Shown: positions 9,758 to 19,147 of the stretch, piece by piece
How positions within the stretch are numbered: the first letter of the stretch is position 1
Layout: each line of letters starts with the position of its first letter
DNA from: Flavobacteriales bacterium
GTDB lineage: Bacteria > Bacteroidota > Bacteroidia > Flavobacteriales > Flavobacteriaceae
NCBI GenBank assembly: GCA_038259585.1
Contig: JBBSOQ010000010.1
Span: 30,678 to 94,677 of the forward strand
DNA length: 64,000 nt
Direction of reading: 5' to 3'
The notes under the pieces: generated by a model
Seen by the model: only the letters and a program-made list of their open reading frames with translations
What the model was told of the DNA's origin: nothing
The model's database searches: none
Translations under genes and position numbers: made by a program

Positions 9758-10135
9758 TTATCCTAACTGTGGCGGATGAAGGATTTCTAAAGTGAAAAGA
9801 GAAGAATTCAAATTTGGCTTGTAGCCAATATTTTTAAAGGAAGTAATTTCAGTTTCTGAAGCAAAAGTATATTCTGAAATATTTTCTGAAATAATAAACT
9901 GGGGAATCTCCGTTTTTAAAGTTTTGCCACTGAATGGATTTTTATCTTCGGCACCAGCTTCTTTTGCCAGTTCTTTGGTTAAATGACATTTTCCGTTGCA
10001 CTGCATTTCTGGTTTGTCTTTGTTTTCACAAAGTACATTTACTATGTAATCATAATTCACAACATACTCAACCACAGGCCACATTGGTTTGGTGAGCATT
10101 ATTAAGGATGCGACTATGAGAATTACATTTTTCAC
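9758..10135 (-). CDS. Putative Cys-containing leader/arrest peptide upstream of the copper TBDR
   Basis: GTG start; hydrophobic N-terminus; CENKDKPEMQCNGKCH; ends ILHPPQLG*. Confidence 0.7.
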   Translation of the reverse strand: MKNVILIVASLIMLTKPMWPVVEYVVNYDYIVNVLCENKDKPEMQCNGKCHLTKELAKEAGAEDKNPFSGKTLKTEIPQFIISENISEYTFASETEITSFKNIGYKPNLNSSLFTLEILHPPQLG

Positions 10136-10170
10136 AAGACAAATATACTATCTATAAGATGTTTTAAGAA

Positions 10171-10182
10171 TGATATTTGTCA
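10171..10182. promoter_or_regulatory. Fnr-like box TGAT-ATTT-GTCA upstream of leader-TBDR operon
   Basis: Centre 36.5 bp from - strand TATATTTG (10140-10147). Confidence 0.75.
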
Positions 10183-10226
10183 CATTTATTGGTCAAATAC
10201 AATAAATATTTTATTCAAAAAATTGA

Positions 10227-10433
10227 TTACATACAGCAGCTTTCTCCTTCGTCTTTTACGCCAAGTTTTTTCAATATTTTTTCCATCAAGCACCATTTTG
10301 TAAAAGATGATTGCAGCAAATTTACGCCTACGAAAGCCGTAAACCACAACCAATTAATATTCACATAAACCGCTAATACAATACTAATCAAAATAAATAT
10401 TCCGGCAATTGCTCTAATATATCTGTTAATCAT
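10227..10433 (-). CDS. DUF2892/YgaP-like small membrane protein
   Basis: Two TM helices, FVGVNLLQSSFTKWCL motif, C-terminal SCCM. Confidence 0.8.
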   Translation of the reverse strand: MINRYIRAIAGIFILISIVLAVYVNINWLWFTAFVGVNLLQSSFTKWCLMEKILKKLGVKDEGESCCM

Positions 10434-10451
10434 TTTATTAAAATTTAAAAG

Positions 10452-10757
10452 TTAAATACTCCGTTCTATCGGTACCACAACCGCGTGTATAGGATTGTTA
10501 GTTTCCAACGTTTTATTGAATTCCATTACCAAACTGAAAAACGAATCAATCTTCTCTTCTTCAGTAAAAGAGAAAAACATGCTGCTATCTGCTCCGCTTT
10601 TTTCCGATGGAAACCAGCTGGAATTCATCATAAAAGAAGATGCATTTTTATATCCTTCAATATCAGAGCCACTGTAGCTCTCAATAGTTGCTTTTTTGAA
10701 AAGTTGCAGCACGTCTTTCTGAAATTCATCTACAACAGTTACTATTAATAGTTTCAT
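10452..10757 (-). CDS. Small PII-like/DUF190-type protein
   Basis: 101 aa, MKLLIVTVV start, terminal NPIHAVVVPIE strand; lies behind the RND pump. Confidence 0.5.
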   Translation of the reverse strand: MKLLIVTVVDEFQKDVLQLFKKATIESYSGSDIEGYKNASSFMMNSSWFPSEKSGADSSMFFSFTEEEKIDSFFSLVMEFNKTLETNNPIHAVVVPIERSI

Positions 10758-10889
10758 CGGTTTAGTTTTTATTGTCTATTACTATTTTTTATTGCCATTA
10801 ATTAATCCGAAGGATTCCAAACTAAGTCGCAAGCAATCAAACAAATTAATTATTACGCCTAAGTCTTATAGCGCAGCGGTCTTATGTCT

Positions 10890-13800
10890 TTACTCTTTAA
10901 AGTTTTTACGTTCAATCATATAGTAAACTAACGGCACCACAAGTAGTGTAAGCACTGTGGAAACAATGGTTCCACCCATAAGCGAAATGGCAAGTCCTTG
11001 AAAAATTGGATCAAAAAGTATTACAAATGCGCCTATTACAACCGTTCCGGCCGTCAATAAAATGGGCGTAGTTCTTACCGCTCCTGCTTCAATTACAGCC
11101 TGTTTCAACGGAATTCCTTCAGCGGTTCTCAGGTTTATAAAATCAATCAGCAATACCGAATTTCGCACCATAATTCCTGCCAAAGCAATCATCCCAATAA
11201 ATGATGTTGCAGTAAAGAAGGCACCCAAGATCCAGTGTCCGAGAATAATTCCTATTAATGACAAAGGAATAGCAACCATCATAACTACAGGAGCTTTGAA
11301 GTTTTGAAACCAACCCACAATCAAAATGTAAATGATGATGATAACGCCCAAAAAGGCAATCCCCAAATCGCGGAATACCTCTAAAGTTATCTGCCATTCG
11401 CCATCCCATTTCACCGTGAAATCGTCTTCAAATTCAGGTTGTTGCAAGTACAGTTCATTCATTTTGTAACCTGCTGGCAATTTTATGTTGTTAAGCTTAT
11501 CGGTCATTCCCAAAATGGCGTATACAGGACTTTCAAGTTCCCCTGCCATATCTGCCAAAACATACACTACCCTTTTTTGGTTTTTTCGATAAATGCTTTT
11601 CGCTCGGGTACTTTCCTGAATATTTACAAGATCGCCCACAGAAATCATACTGCCTGATTGGGAAGCAATTTTCAACTGCGAAATATCCTGAATTGTAGAT
11701 TTTTCCTGTTCATCTAAAGCCAATATAATTCCCACTTGATCTGTTACATTTTCATCATACAGATTGGTTACGGGCTTATCTGAAAGTGCCATATTCATAG
11801 TGTAAACAATCTGTTGCGGCGAAACGCCATAGCGCATTGCTTTCTCTTTATCAATTATAAATTCGTATTCCGTTTGATCTGCTTCCACCATCCAATCTAC
11901 ATCTACTACATCTTGGGTCTCGTTTAAAATATTCTCAAGTTGTTTTGCGACTGCAATTTGCTGGTCATAATTAGGACCGTAAACTTCAGCAACGATGGTT
12001 GAAAGTACAGGTGGTCCCGGCGGCACTTCTACAATTTTTACATTCGCTCCAAATTTTTTGGCAATTTCCTGAATATGTGGCCGTAATTGTTTTGCAATCT
12101 CGTGGCTTTGTTCATCACGTTCTTCTTTATCTATCAAATTCACTTGAATATCCGCAGTATTGCTTCCTCCCCGCAGGTCGTAATGCCGCACCAAACCATT
12201 AAAAGTAATTGGTGCCGATGTGCCAACGTAATTTTGGTAATTTACTACCAGCGGCTGTGTGGAAAGGTATTGTCCAATTTCTTGGGCCACCACTGCGGTA
12301 CGCTCTAAGGTTGTTCCTTCAGGCATATCAATCACCACCTGCATTTCGTTTTTATTGTCGAAAGGCAACATTTTCACAGCAACCGATTTTGTAAAAAACA
12401 ACATCATGGAACCTAAAAGAAGTATGATCGTAGTTCCCAAAAACAACCAACGGGTCTTTTTGTTTTCAATCAAGGGAGTTTCAAATTTTGAATAAATCCT
12501 ATAAATGAAAGTACTTTCCAAAGGTTTTTCTGGTTTAGGCGCTTTTCCTTTTTTCTCTTTTTCACGAAGGAATATATATCCTAAATAAGGCGTAATTGTC
12601 AAAGCTACAAACAGCGAAAGTATCATCGCAATAGAAGCCCCAATTGGCATAGGCGACATATATGGACCCATTAGTCCAGAGACAAACGCCATAGGTAATA
12701 CCGAGGCAATTACAGTGAAAGTTGCCAATATAGTTGGATTTCCTACTTCATTGATAGCATAAATAGCAGCTTGTTTAAACGGCAAGCGTTTCATTTTAAA
12801 ATGCCGATGCATGTTTTCCGCAATAATAATGGAGTCATCCACCACTATTCCGGTAACAAATACCAAAGCGAAAAGTGTAATCCTGTTAAGCGTGTAATCG
12901 AGTAAATAATAGCTCAAAAGTGTTAGCGCAAAGGTAATCGGCACCGAAAGAAAAACCACCAAACCACCACGCCACCCCATAGCAAGCATCACTACGAGAG
13001 TAACAGCGAAAATAGCGCCAATAAGATGCATCAGCAGCTCCAATACTTTATGGGAAGCGGTTTCCCCATAGTTTCGTGTAATTTCTACGTGAACATCATC
13101 TGGGATTAGATTGCTCCGCAAATGATCTACTTTATCTATAATCACATCGGCGATTTTCATCGCGTCTGCGCCTTTTCTTTTTGCCACGGAAATAGTTACG
13201 GCAGGATACTCCGATTGATATTTTGAAGCATTTTCACTTGCCTGTCCATATCCGAAGGAAACATATTTACTTGGAATTTCAGGACCGTCAAAAATAGCTG
13301 CGACTTGCTTCAAATAAATGGGTTGATTCTGTTGCACACCCACAACCAGGTTTTCAACATCTGTAACTGATTTCAGAAAATTTCCTGTAGTCACCAAGAA
13401 TTCCGTATCATTTTTTTCAAAACTGCCCGAACTCAGCTGCTGATTGTTTGCCTTTATCATTTCGGCAACACTCAAAAAGTCGAGACCGCTTGCGGCCAAT
13501 TTATTTTTATCCAGCACCACACGCAATTGCCTATTTCGCCCTCCAATTTTATGGGTGGTGGAAACTTCATTAACCTTTTCAATTTCTTGGGTAAGCTCGT
13601 CGGCAATTTGTTTTAGTTGAAAATCGCTATAATTTTCGCTCCAAAGCGTGATACCTAGCATTGGAACATCGTCAATTGCACGCGGTTTTACAAGCGGCAT
13701 AGTAACACCCGGAGGCATTTGGTCCATATGCTTGTTCATTTCGTTGTAGAGCTTTACGAAAGAGCGTTCAATATCCTCACCCACATAAAACTGAACAATT

Positions 13801-14087
13801 ACCATTGCGCCTTCTTTGGAAGAAGTGGAATACACATATTCCACCCCAGGGATGTTCGAAACCAGTTTTTCCAATGGCTTTACAACTCTAGATTCAACTT
13901 CCGTTGGGGAAGCGCCTGGATAGCCCACAAATATGTCGGCCATTGCCACATCAATTTGCGGTTCTTCTTCACGCGGTATCAAAAACGAACTGTAAACACC
14001 GATGATGAGAAACACAATCATCAAGAGCACCGTAAGCTTTGAGCCTATAAATAATTTGGCAATTTTGCCTGCTAATCCGTCCTTCAT
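10890..14087 (-). CDS. RND efflux permease (AcrB/AcrD/AcrF family)
   Basis: 1065 aa, 12-TM pattern, GIVVDDSII and GIMVRNSVLLIDF motifs. Confidence 0.95.
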   Translation of the reverse strand: MKDGLAGKIAKLFIGSKLTVLLMIVFLIIGVYSSFLIPREEEPQIDVAMADIFVGYPGASPTEVESRVVKPLEKLVSNIPGVEYVYSTSSKEGAMVIVQFYVGEDIERSFVKLYNEMNKHMDQMPPGVTMPLVKPRAIDDVPMLGITLWSENYSDFQLKQIADELTQEIEKVNEVSTTHKIGGRNRQLRVVLDKNKLAASGLDFLSVAEMIKANNQQLSSGSFEKNDTEFLVTTGNFLKSVTDVENLVVGVQQNQPIYLKQVAAIFDGPEIPSKYVSFGYGQASENASKYQSEYPAVTISVAKRKGADAMKIADVIIDKVDHLRSNLIPDDVHVEITRNYGETASHKVLELLMHLIGAIFAVTLVVMLAMGWRGGLVVFLSVPITFALTLLSYYLLDYTLNRITLFALVFVTGIVVDDSIIIAENMHRHFKMKRLPFKQAAIYAINEVGNPTILATFTVIASVLPMAFVSGLMGPYMSPMPIGASIAMILSLFVALTITPYLGYIFLREKEKKGKAPKPEKPLESTFIYRIYSKFETPLIENKKTRWLFLGTTIILLLGSMMLFFTKSVAVKMLPFDNKNEMQVVIDMPEGTTLERTAVVAQEIGQYLSTQPLVVNYQNYVGTSAPITFNGLVRHYDLRGGSNTADIQVNLIDKEERDEQSHEIAKQLRPHIQEIAKKFGANVKIVEVPPGPPVLSTIVAEVYGPNYDQQIAVAKQLENILNETQDVVDVDWMVEADQTEYEFIIDKEKAMRYGVSPQQIVYTMNMALSDKPVTNLYDENVTDQVGIILALDEQEKSTIQDISQLKIASQSGSMISVGDLVNIQESTRAKSIYRKNQKRVVYVLADMAGELESPVYAILGMTDKLNNIKLPAGYKMNELYLQQPEFEDDFTVKWDGEWQITLEVFRDLGIAFLGVIIIIYILIVGWFQNFKAPVVMMVAIPLSLIGIILGHWILGAFFTATSFIGMIALAGIMVRNSVLLIDFINLRTAEGIPLKQAVIEAGAVRTTPILLTAGTVVIGAFVILFDPIFQGLAISLMGGTIVSTVLTLLVVPLVYYMIERKNFKE

Positions 14088-14177
14088 TTTTCGATATTAT
14101 TTATTTTTTTAGGTAAAATGGAATGCCTAAATGATTCAACTTTATTAATTTAAACCACGTAATCGGGCATTTCATCG

Positions 14178-15257
14178 TTATTGTTTAATTGTTATTTTCG
14201 CTCCGTTGAAAAGTTTTCCTTCGGAAGAAATAATATAATTTTCGTCTGCATTCAAACCTGAAAGCACTTCCACATTATCGCCGAACGTACGCCCCAATCG
14301 CAACCAGCGCAGTATTGCCATGTTGCTTTGACTCACTGTGTAAATTCCTGTTAATTGTCCGCGTTTTACTAATGCTTCTTCTGGCACTAAAACCGTAGTA
14401 ACGTCAGTTTTCTTTTCAATAGGAAACTGAACAGTAGCATACATCCCCGAAAGAATGCTTGCATCAGTCTTGTCTAAAACTACTTTCACCAAATACTGTC
14501 CGCCTGTGTTTTTTGCTGAAGTACTCACTTCGGTAACTGTTCCAGGAAGATTTTTATCTGAAGATTTTACAATTACCTGAACTTCAGTTCCAGATTTTAT
14601 TTTTGAGATTTCACTTTCAGGAACCGAGGCGGTAACTTCAAAATTCCCTGGGCCTTCAATTGATATTAAAGCTACGCCGGGATTAGCCATATCGCCAGCT
14701 TCAATGGATTTACTAGTAACAACCCCATTAAAAGGGGCGCGAAGGTTTACATAAGCAAACTGCGATTGCACTTCGTTTTTCATCTGTCTTGCACCTTCCA
14801 ATCTTGCTTTTGCCATTTCGTAACGGGCGCGCTGGTCATCGAGTTCTTTTTGACTTGCACTGTTATCTGCAAACAGGTTTTGGAAACGTTGGTAATCTTT
14901 TTCCGCATTGTTAAAAGCCGCTTGTGCTTCAGTTATTCCTGCGCTTGTTTGCGCACTTTTTGCAGAAAGATCAGAGTTGTTGATGCTTACCAATAACTGT
15001 CCTTTTGTAACTTTTTGACCCACAGTAACGTGAACCTTATCTACAAAGCCCATCATTCGGGTGCTTAGTGTGGCGCTATTTGCTGCTTCTATTTTTCCGC
15101 TTGCGGTTAAAAATGGCGTATTGTTTTCTTCAGCTACTGAACTTACTGTTACTTGAACAGCTGGAGTGCTATCAATTTTCTTTTCTTCGGAAGAATTACC
15201 GCAGCTAGTAAGACCTAAAACTGCTGTCAATATCAAGGTTGAGTATAATAATTTCAT
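14178..15257 (-). CDS. RND periplasmic adaptor (MFP) lipoprotein
   Basis: Lipobox LTSC; GQKVTKGQLL lipoyl half and LRAPFNGVV. Confidence 0.93.
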   Translation of the reverse strand: MKLLYSTLILTAVLGLTSCGNSSEEKKIDSTPAVQVTVSSVAEENNTPFLTASGKIEAANSATLSTRMMGFVDKVHVTVGQKVTKGQLLVSINNSDLSAKSAQTSAGITEAQAAFNNAEKDYQRFQNLFADNSASQKELDDQRARYEMAKARLEGARQMKNEVQSQFAYVNLRAPFNGVVTSKSIEAGDMANPGVALISIEGPGNFEVTASVPESEISKIKSGTEVQVIVKSSDKNLPGTVTEVSTSAKNTGGQYLVKVVLDKTDASILSGMYATVQFPIEKKTDVTTVLVPEEALVKRGQLTGIYTVSQSNMAILRWLRLGRTFGDNVEVLSGLNADENYIISSEGKLFNGAKITIKQ

Positions 15258-15283
15258 TTTTATATTTTTTAAATCTTGTTTGA

Positions 15284-15426
15284 TTTCGGTTTCGTTTTCG
15301 ATTTCTGTTTAAGAGAAATTTTAATCAAGAATTATTGGTTTCCATAAGTAGGTTTCGACTGCGCTCAACCTGACATTTGTTGAGTTTCGATTTCGATTTC
15401 GTTTTCGATTTGGTTTTCGATTTCAA
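15284..15426. repeat. TTTCGN hexamer tracts flanking a half REP-like element
   Basis: 4 hexamers at 15284-15307, 7 at 15385-15426; TTTCGACTGCGCTCAACCTGAC at 15353-15374. Confidence 0.75.
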
Positions 15427-15428
15427 TG

Positions 15429-16733
15429 TCAATTCTTCGTTAAAAATTGCAAATATGCCAAGGCGTAATTATGCTGAAAAACAGTGTTGAAATACTCCAA
15501 CTGTTTCTGAGAAAACTGTGTTTCCGCACTCAACAAATCGGTAGTTCTTTCCAGTCCTTCCTTAAATCTGTTTGTACGAATTCTAAGTGCTTCTTTTGAT
15601 TGTTCAAGCGCCAACTGGGTTAAGTTTAAATTGTTTTTTGCATCTTGAAACATACGTTTTGCTTTGTTCAGCTCTAGTTGACTTTCGGCCTTGTATTGAT
15701 CCAATTCAAGATTGGCTTGATTGTATTCTGCTTTGCTTTTTTGTGTTTTTCCAAAGCGTTTTGAACCTTCAAAAAGATTCCACGTTAAGGCTGCACCATA
15801 TAAATAGCCATTAGCATCTGCCTGAAAAATCTGATCGTCATATAGCTCATAGCTTCCGAAGGCATTCAGCCTTGGCAGAAACGTCATTTTATCTGCTTTG
15901 TAATTTTGTTTATAGGCTTCCGCGGCAAATTCCATTGCTTGAATATCTGCTCGGGAATCAGAAAGCTTTTCACCGGAATTTAATTCCGAAAAAACCATAA
16001 GCGAATCTGTGGGTTTCAAAACACCCACAACTTCTTCATTCATAAGCACCGCAAGATATTCTGAAGCGTTTATCACATTGCTTTTTGCGTATTGCAACTG
16101 ATTCTCCACTTCGGTAACGCGCACTTGCACTGCCAAAACATCACTTTGTTGCAAATACCCTTGCTTAAAACTGTTGTTTGCCAATCGCAAGTTTTCATTT
16201 GCAGCTTTGTGTGCTGTTTCCAAAACGGCTACACTTTTATAAGCCAATTGCAATTGCATATATGCCTTTTCAGTTTCCAGGGAAAGATAGTCGCCCGTGC
16301 GCGCCAACTGCATCTGGGTGGCGTTCCATTTTGCTTTTGCGGCTTTGCGTTGGAATATACCGTCAATATTTATAATGGGCTGTTGCACTTCAAGTTTTGT
16401 TGCAAACATGTTAATCTGAGAAGGATTGTTCAGATTGTTTGGATCAAAATCTGCTTGGGTAACTATTTCTTGGTTTAGTTTAAAACCGAAAGCCATTAAG
16501 GGATTGGTGGTTGACATTCCACTGTAAGAAGCTGATATATTAGGCAAAAACACAGCATTGGTTTGATTGTAATCGCCTTTTGCAGCAAGCACTTGTTGCT
16601 CTCCAATTTTTAATTTATTATTTTGTTGAACCACTTTTTCCATCACCTCAGCCTTGGAAATGGGTACTGTTTGTTGCGCGAAGATGATCGTGGGTAGCAA
16701 ACCAATTAGTGTAATTATATATTTAATCTTCAT
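15429..16733 (-). CDS. TolC-family outer membrane efflux protein
   Basis: Signal peptide, two OEP repeats (FLPNISASY, FLPRLNAFG), first gene of the RND operon. Confidence 0.93.
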   Translation of the reverse strand: MKIKYIITLIGLLPTIIFAQQTVPISKAEVMEKVVQQNNKLKIGEQQVLAAKGDYNQTNAVFLPNISASYSGMSTTNPLMAFGFKLNQEIVTQADFDPNNLNNPSQINMFATKLEVQQPIINIDGIFQRKAAKAKWNATQMQLARTGDYLSLETEKAYMQLQLAYKSVAVLETAHKAANENLRLANNSFKQGYLQQSDVLAVQVRVTEVENQLQYAKSNVINASEYLAVLMNEEVVGVLKPTDSLMVFSELNSGEKLSDSRADIQAMEFAAEAYKQNYKADKMTFLPRLNAFGSYELYDDQIFQADANGYLYGAALTWNLFEGSKRFGKTQKSKAEYNQANLELDQYKAESQLELNKAKRMFQDAKNNLNLTQLALEQSKEALRIRTNRFKEGLERTTDLLSAETQFSQKQLEYFNTVFQHNYALAYLQFLTKN

Positions 16734-16781
16734 TTTAAATTTAATTTAATGCAAACATACTTCAGAAAATAAGACTAGTCA

Positions 16782-16795
16782 GTAACTAATGTTAC
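16782..16795. promoter_or_regulatory. GTAAC-TAAT-GTTAC box upstream of tolC-RND operon
   Basis: Perfect palindrome; centre 36.5 bp from - strand TATGTTTG (16752-16759). Confidence 0.8.
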
Positions 16796-16800
16796 CGAAG

Positions 16801-16900
16801 GAGTATTGAGTAGTGAGTAGTGAGTAGTGAGTAGTGAGTAGTGAGTAGTGAGTAGTGAGTAGTGAGTAGTGAGTAGTGAGTAGTGAGTAGTGAGTAGTGA
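16801..16900. repeat. Tandem heptamer repeat (GAGTAGT)13
   Basis: 13 perfect units at 16808-16898, preceded by GAGTATT. Confidence 0.97.
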
Positions 16901-16940
16901 AAATTGATAATTAATCCCTCAATGCTGTTTTCTTGTATCT

Positions 16941-16970
16941 AAAAGAGACTGCCTTTTAGGACAGCCTCTT
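16941..16970 (-). terminator. Terminator after the cytochrome b gene
   Basis: AAGAGACTGCC/GGACAGCCTCTT imperfect stem with short U tail on the - strand. Confidence 0.55.
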
Positions 16971-17039
16971 CACTAACCAAATAAATCTGCACTCTATAGG
17001 AACGAACCAACCAAGAAACGTTCGTAAATACGTTCAATG

Positions 17040-17612
17040 TCATTCATTAGAGCCGCGTACAATTCTTGAAATTATTCCTTTTTGATCTGTAAATTCTGCA
17101 ATTAATATTCCGCCAATGTGTAGTACAATAAAAGCTATTAGATAATAAATACCAAGTACATGTATTTCTTCCATTGGTTCTTTCAAAGTCTTTGGGCCCC
17201 ATACTATTATAAGCCCCGTAACTAAAGAAATTACAACACAAATATAAAAAATGACGTATGCCCATTTCTGGAATTTCTGTTTTACAGTTAAGTTTTTAGC
17301 AAATGGACTTTGAAACTTCATACTTCCGAAAAAAGGAAGTATAAAGCGCAAACTGAACAAACCAGTTAAAACATATCCTAAATAAATATGCCAATCCCAC
17401 ATAGGTTTCCGTATCTGTTTGGCTAAAACAATTAATTGCTCGCTAGAGAGTGATTGATCTGTGCTACTTAGATAATTCTGAATAATATCTGCCACATTTT
17501 CTTTATTCATCCAAGTCAATCTCAGAAAAATAGTAATTAGTAAAAGCAGAAAAGTTACCGCTATTGTCCAGTGGATAATCCGATAAATTTTTGAATAGTT
17601 TACAGTTTCCAT
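17040..17612 (-). CDS. Di-heme cytochrome b (b561/CybB-like)
   Basis: Four TM helices with His ligands RIIHW, WHIYLG, EIHVLG, LHIGG. Confidence 0.85.
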   Translation of the reverse strand: METVNYSKIYRIIHWTIAVTFLLLLITIFLRLTWMNKENVADIIQNYLSSTDQSLSSEQLIVLAKQIRKPMWDWHIYLGYVLTGLFSLRFILPFFGSMKFQSPFAKNLTVKQKFQKWAYVIFYICVVISLVTGLIIVWGPKTLKEPMEEIHVLGIYYLIAFIVLHIGGILIAEFTDQKGIISRIVRGSNE

Positions 17613-17619
17613 TGTGTTT

Positions 17620-18009
17620 CTATAAACTTTTAATGACCTTGGTCAATCTTTTTTGAACATCTTTCGCAATATCAGCCAAAGAATTATTTTCTACAGCCAT
17701 CATTGAGGCCGCTGGATCTACTGCTGAAACTTCTATAATTCCAGGTTCACGTTCTTGAACTATTACGTTGCAAGGAAGCATCGTCCCAATTTTGTTTTCG
17801 GCTTGCAGGGCTTGATACGCCATTTGTGGATTGCACGCACCTAGAATGGTATAATTATAAAAATCTGCGTCCAACTTCTTTTTTAAGGTGGCCTTAAGAT
17901 CTATTTCGGTCAACACCCCGAAACCTTCTAATTTTAAAGCTGCGGTTGTTTTTTCAATAGCATCTTTAAAAGTTGTGTTTTTTAATGTTGTAGTGATGTA
18001 ATAACTCAT
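17620..18009 (-). CDS. DUF302 domain protein
   Basis: GFGVLTEID, ILGACNP, LPCNV motifs. Confidence 0.9.
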   Translation of the reverse strand: MSYYITTTLKNTTFKDAIEKTTAALKLEGFGVLTEIDLKATLKKKLDADFYNYTILGACNPQMAYQALQAENKIGTMLPCNVIVQEREPGIIEVSAVDPAASMMAVENNSLADIAKDVQKRLTKVIKSL

Positions 18010-18077
18010 GGTTTTTATTTTATATAATTTACAAAATCAATCTTAAACAAATGTAAGATTGCAAAATGGGAAGTTCT

Positions 18078-18091
18078 GTAACAAAGATTAC
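18078..18091. promoter_or_regulatory. GTAAC-AAAG-ATTAC box upstream of DUF302-cytochrome b
   Basis: One mismatch; centre 36.5 bp from - strand TACATTTG (18048-18055). Confidence 0.75.
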
Positions 18092-18109
18092 ACAACTCGA
18101 TTTTCTTAT

Positions 18110-18337
18110 GAGTAATGAGAATTGAGAATTGAGAATTTATTTAGTCCTCAAAATGACTTTAATAAAGCATTCTTTCTTCTTTTTTTCTTTGTTCCAATCT
18201 ACTGAAAACTGAAAAGGCAACAGACAACTCACAACCAACACCTAATTAGCCCCGTGTTGATGAACAATTGTATCGCGTTCCTCGTTAGGTCGAGCCTTTG
18301 AATACATTGAGGATAAACTAAAGTCGAGACTTCGACT
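18110..18337. repeat. Degenerate heptamer tracts and a composite REP-like element
   Basis: (GAGAATT)3 at 18117-18137; GGTCGAGCC...AAGTCGAGACTTCGAC at 18288-18337. Confidence 0.45.
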
Positions 18338-18476
18338 AGTTGGTAAACTATTCCATGGAGTTTGCAAGCTGATTTTGCTAGGAGTATTGTAAAATTTCAC
18401 AAAGCTTTAATATTTATAAAACCGTAAACTATCATAAATAGATTAAATTGAGTTTTTAAAATAAAATATAAAAGCT

Positions 18477-18998
18477 ATGATTACACCAAAACAACAAGCC
18501 CCAGAATTAGAAATTAATTTAGTTGGCGGAGACACTTGGAAACTCGCAGACCAAAAACCTGAAAACTTTACGATGCTGGTTTTTTATAGAGGCTTACACT
18601 GCCCTGTTTGTAAAAGTTATACTGAAGAATTACAAACCCTAAAAGAAAAATACGAAGCATTAGGAGTAAATATTATTGCTCTAAGCATGGATACGGAGAA
18701 GCGCGCTACCATTTCAAAAACTGAATGGGATGTTGCCGATATTCCTATTGGTTATGGCCTTTCTGAAGCAGAGGCTAAGGCTTGGGGTTTATATTTAAGC
18801 AAAGGAATAAAAGATGCCGAGCCCGAACTGTTTTCAGAGCCTGGAATGTTTTTAATCAGGCCAAATAATGAGGTTTATTATGTAGCGCTTAATTCAGAAC
18901 CCTTCGGACGCCCCCATTTGCGTTCCTTTATTAAATCTTTAGAATTTATTTTGGATAAAAACTATCCTGCTAGAGGGGAAGTAGCTTATAGAACGTAA
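18477..18998 (+). CDS. Peroxiredoxin-like redoxin (AhpC/TSA family, CxxC)
   Basis: FYRGLHCPVC motif. Confidence 0.85.
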   Translation: MITPKQQAPELEINLVGGDTWKLADQKPENFTMLVFYRGLHCPVCKSYTEELQTLKEKYEALGVNIIALSMDTEKRATISKTEWDVADIPIGYGLSEAEAKAWGLYLSKGIKDAEPELFSEPGMFLIRPNNEVYYVALNSEPFGRPHLRSFIKSLEFILDKNYPARGEVAYRT

Positions 18999-19075
18999 AA
19001 TAAATTTTGAGGATTTAATACTTTAATTAATAGAGAGTAACACCAAGAATTCTTACTAAGAACAAGTCAATAATT

Positions 19076-19116
19076 TAATGGGAACATAGCTTTAAACACA
19101 AGCTTTGTTCCCATTA
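19076..19116. terminator. Bidirectional hairpin between convergent genes
   Basis: TAATGGGAACATAGCT / AGCTTTGTTCCCATTA, 1 mismatch. Confidence 0.65.
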
Positions 19117-19147
19117 TTGTTTGGTATTATTGGATATATCTTTTAAA

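Noticed and set aside
14118-14176. Inverted repeat ATGGAATGCC/GGGCATTTCAT between MFP and RND genes
   Set aside because: Short imperfect stem with a long loop; weak support.
16801-16900. Repeat array as a possible CRISPR
   Set aside because: 7-nt units with no spacers and no cas genes; it is a simple tandem repeat.
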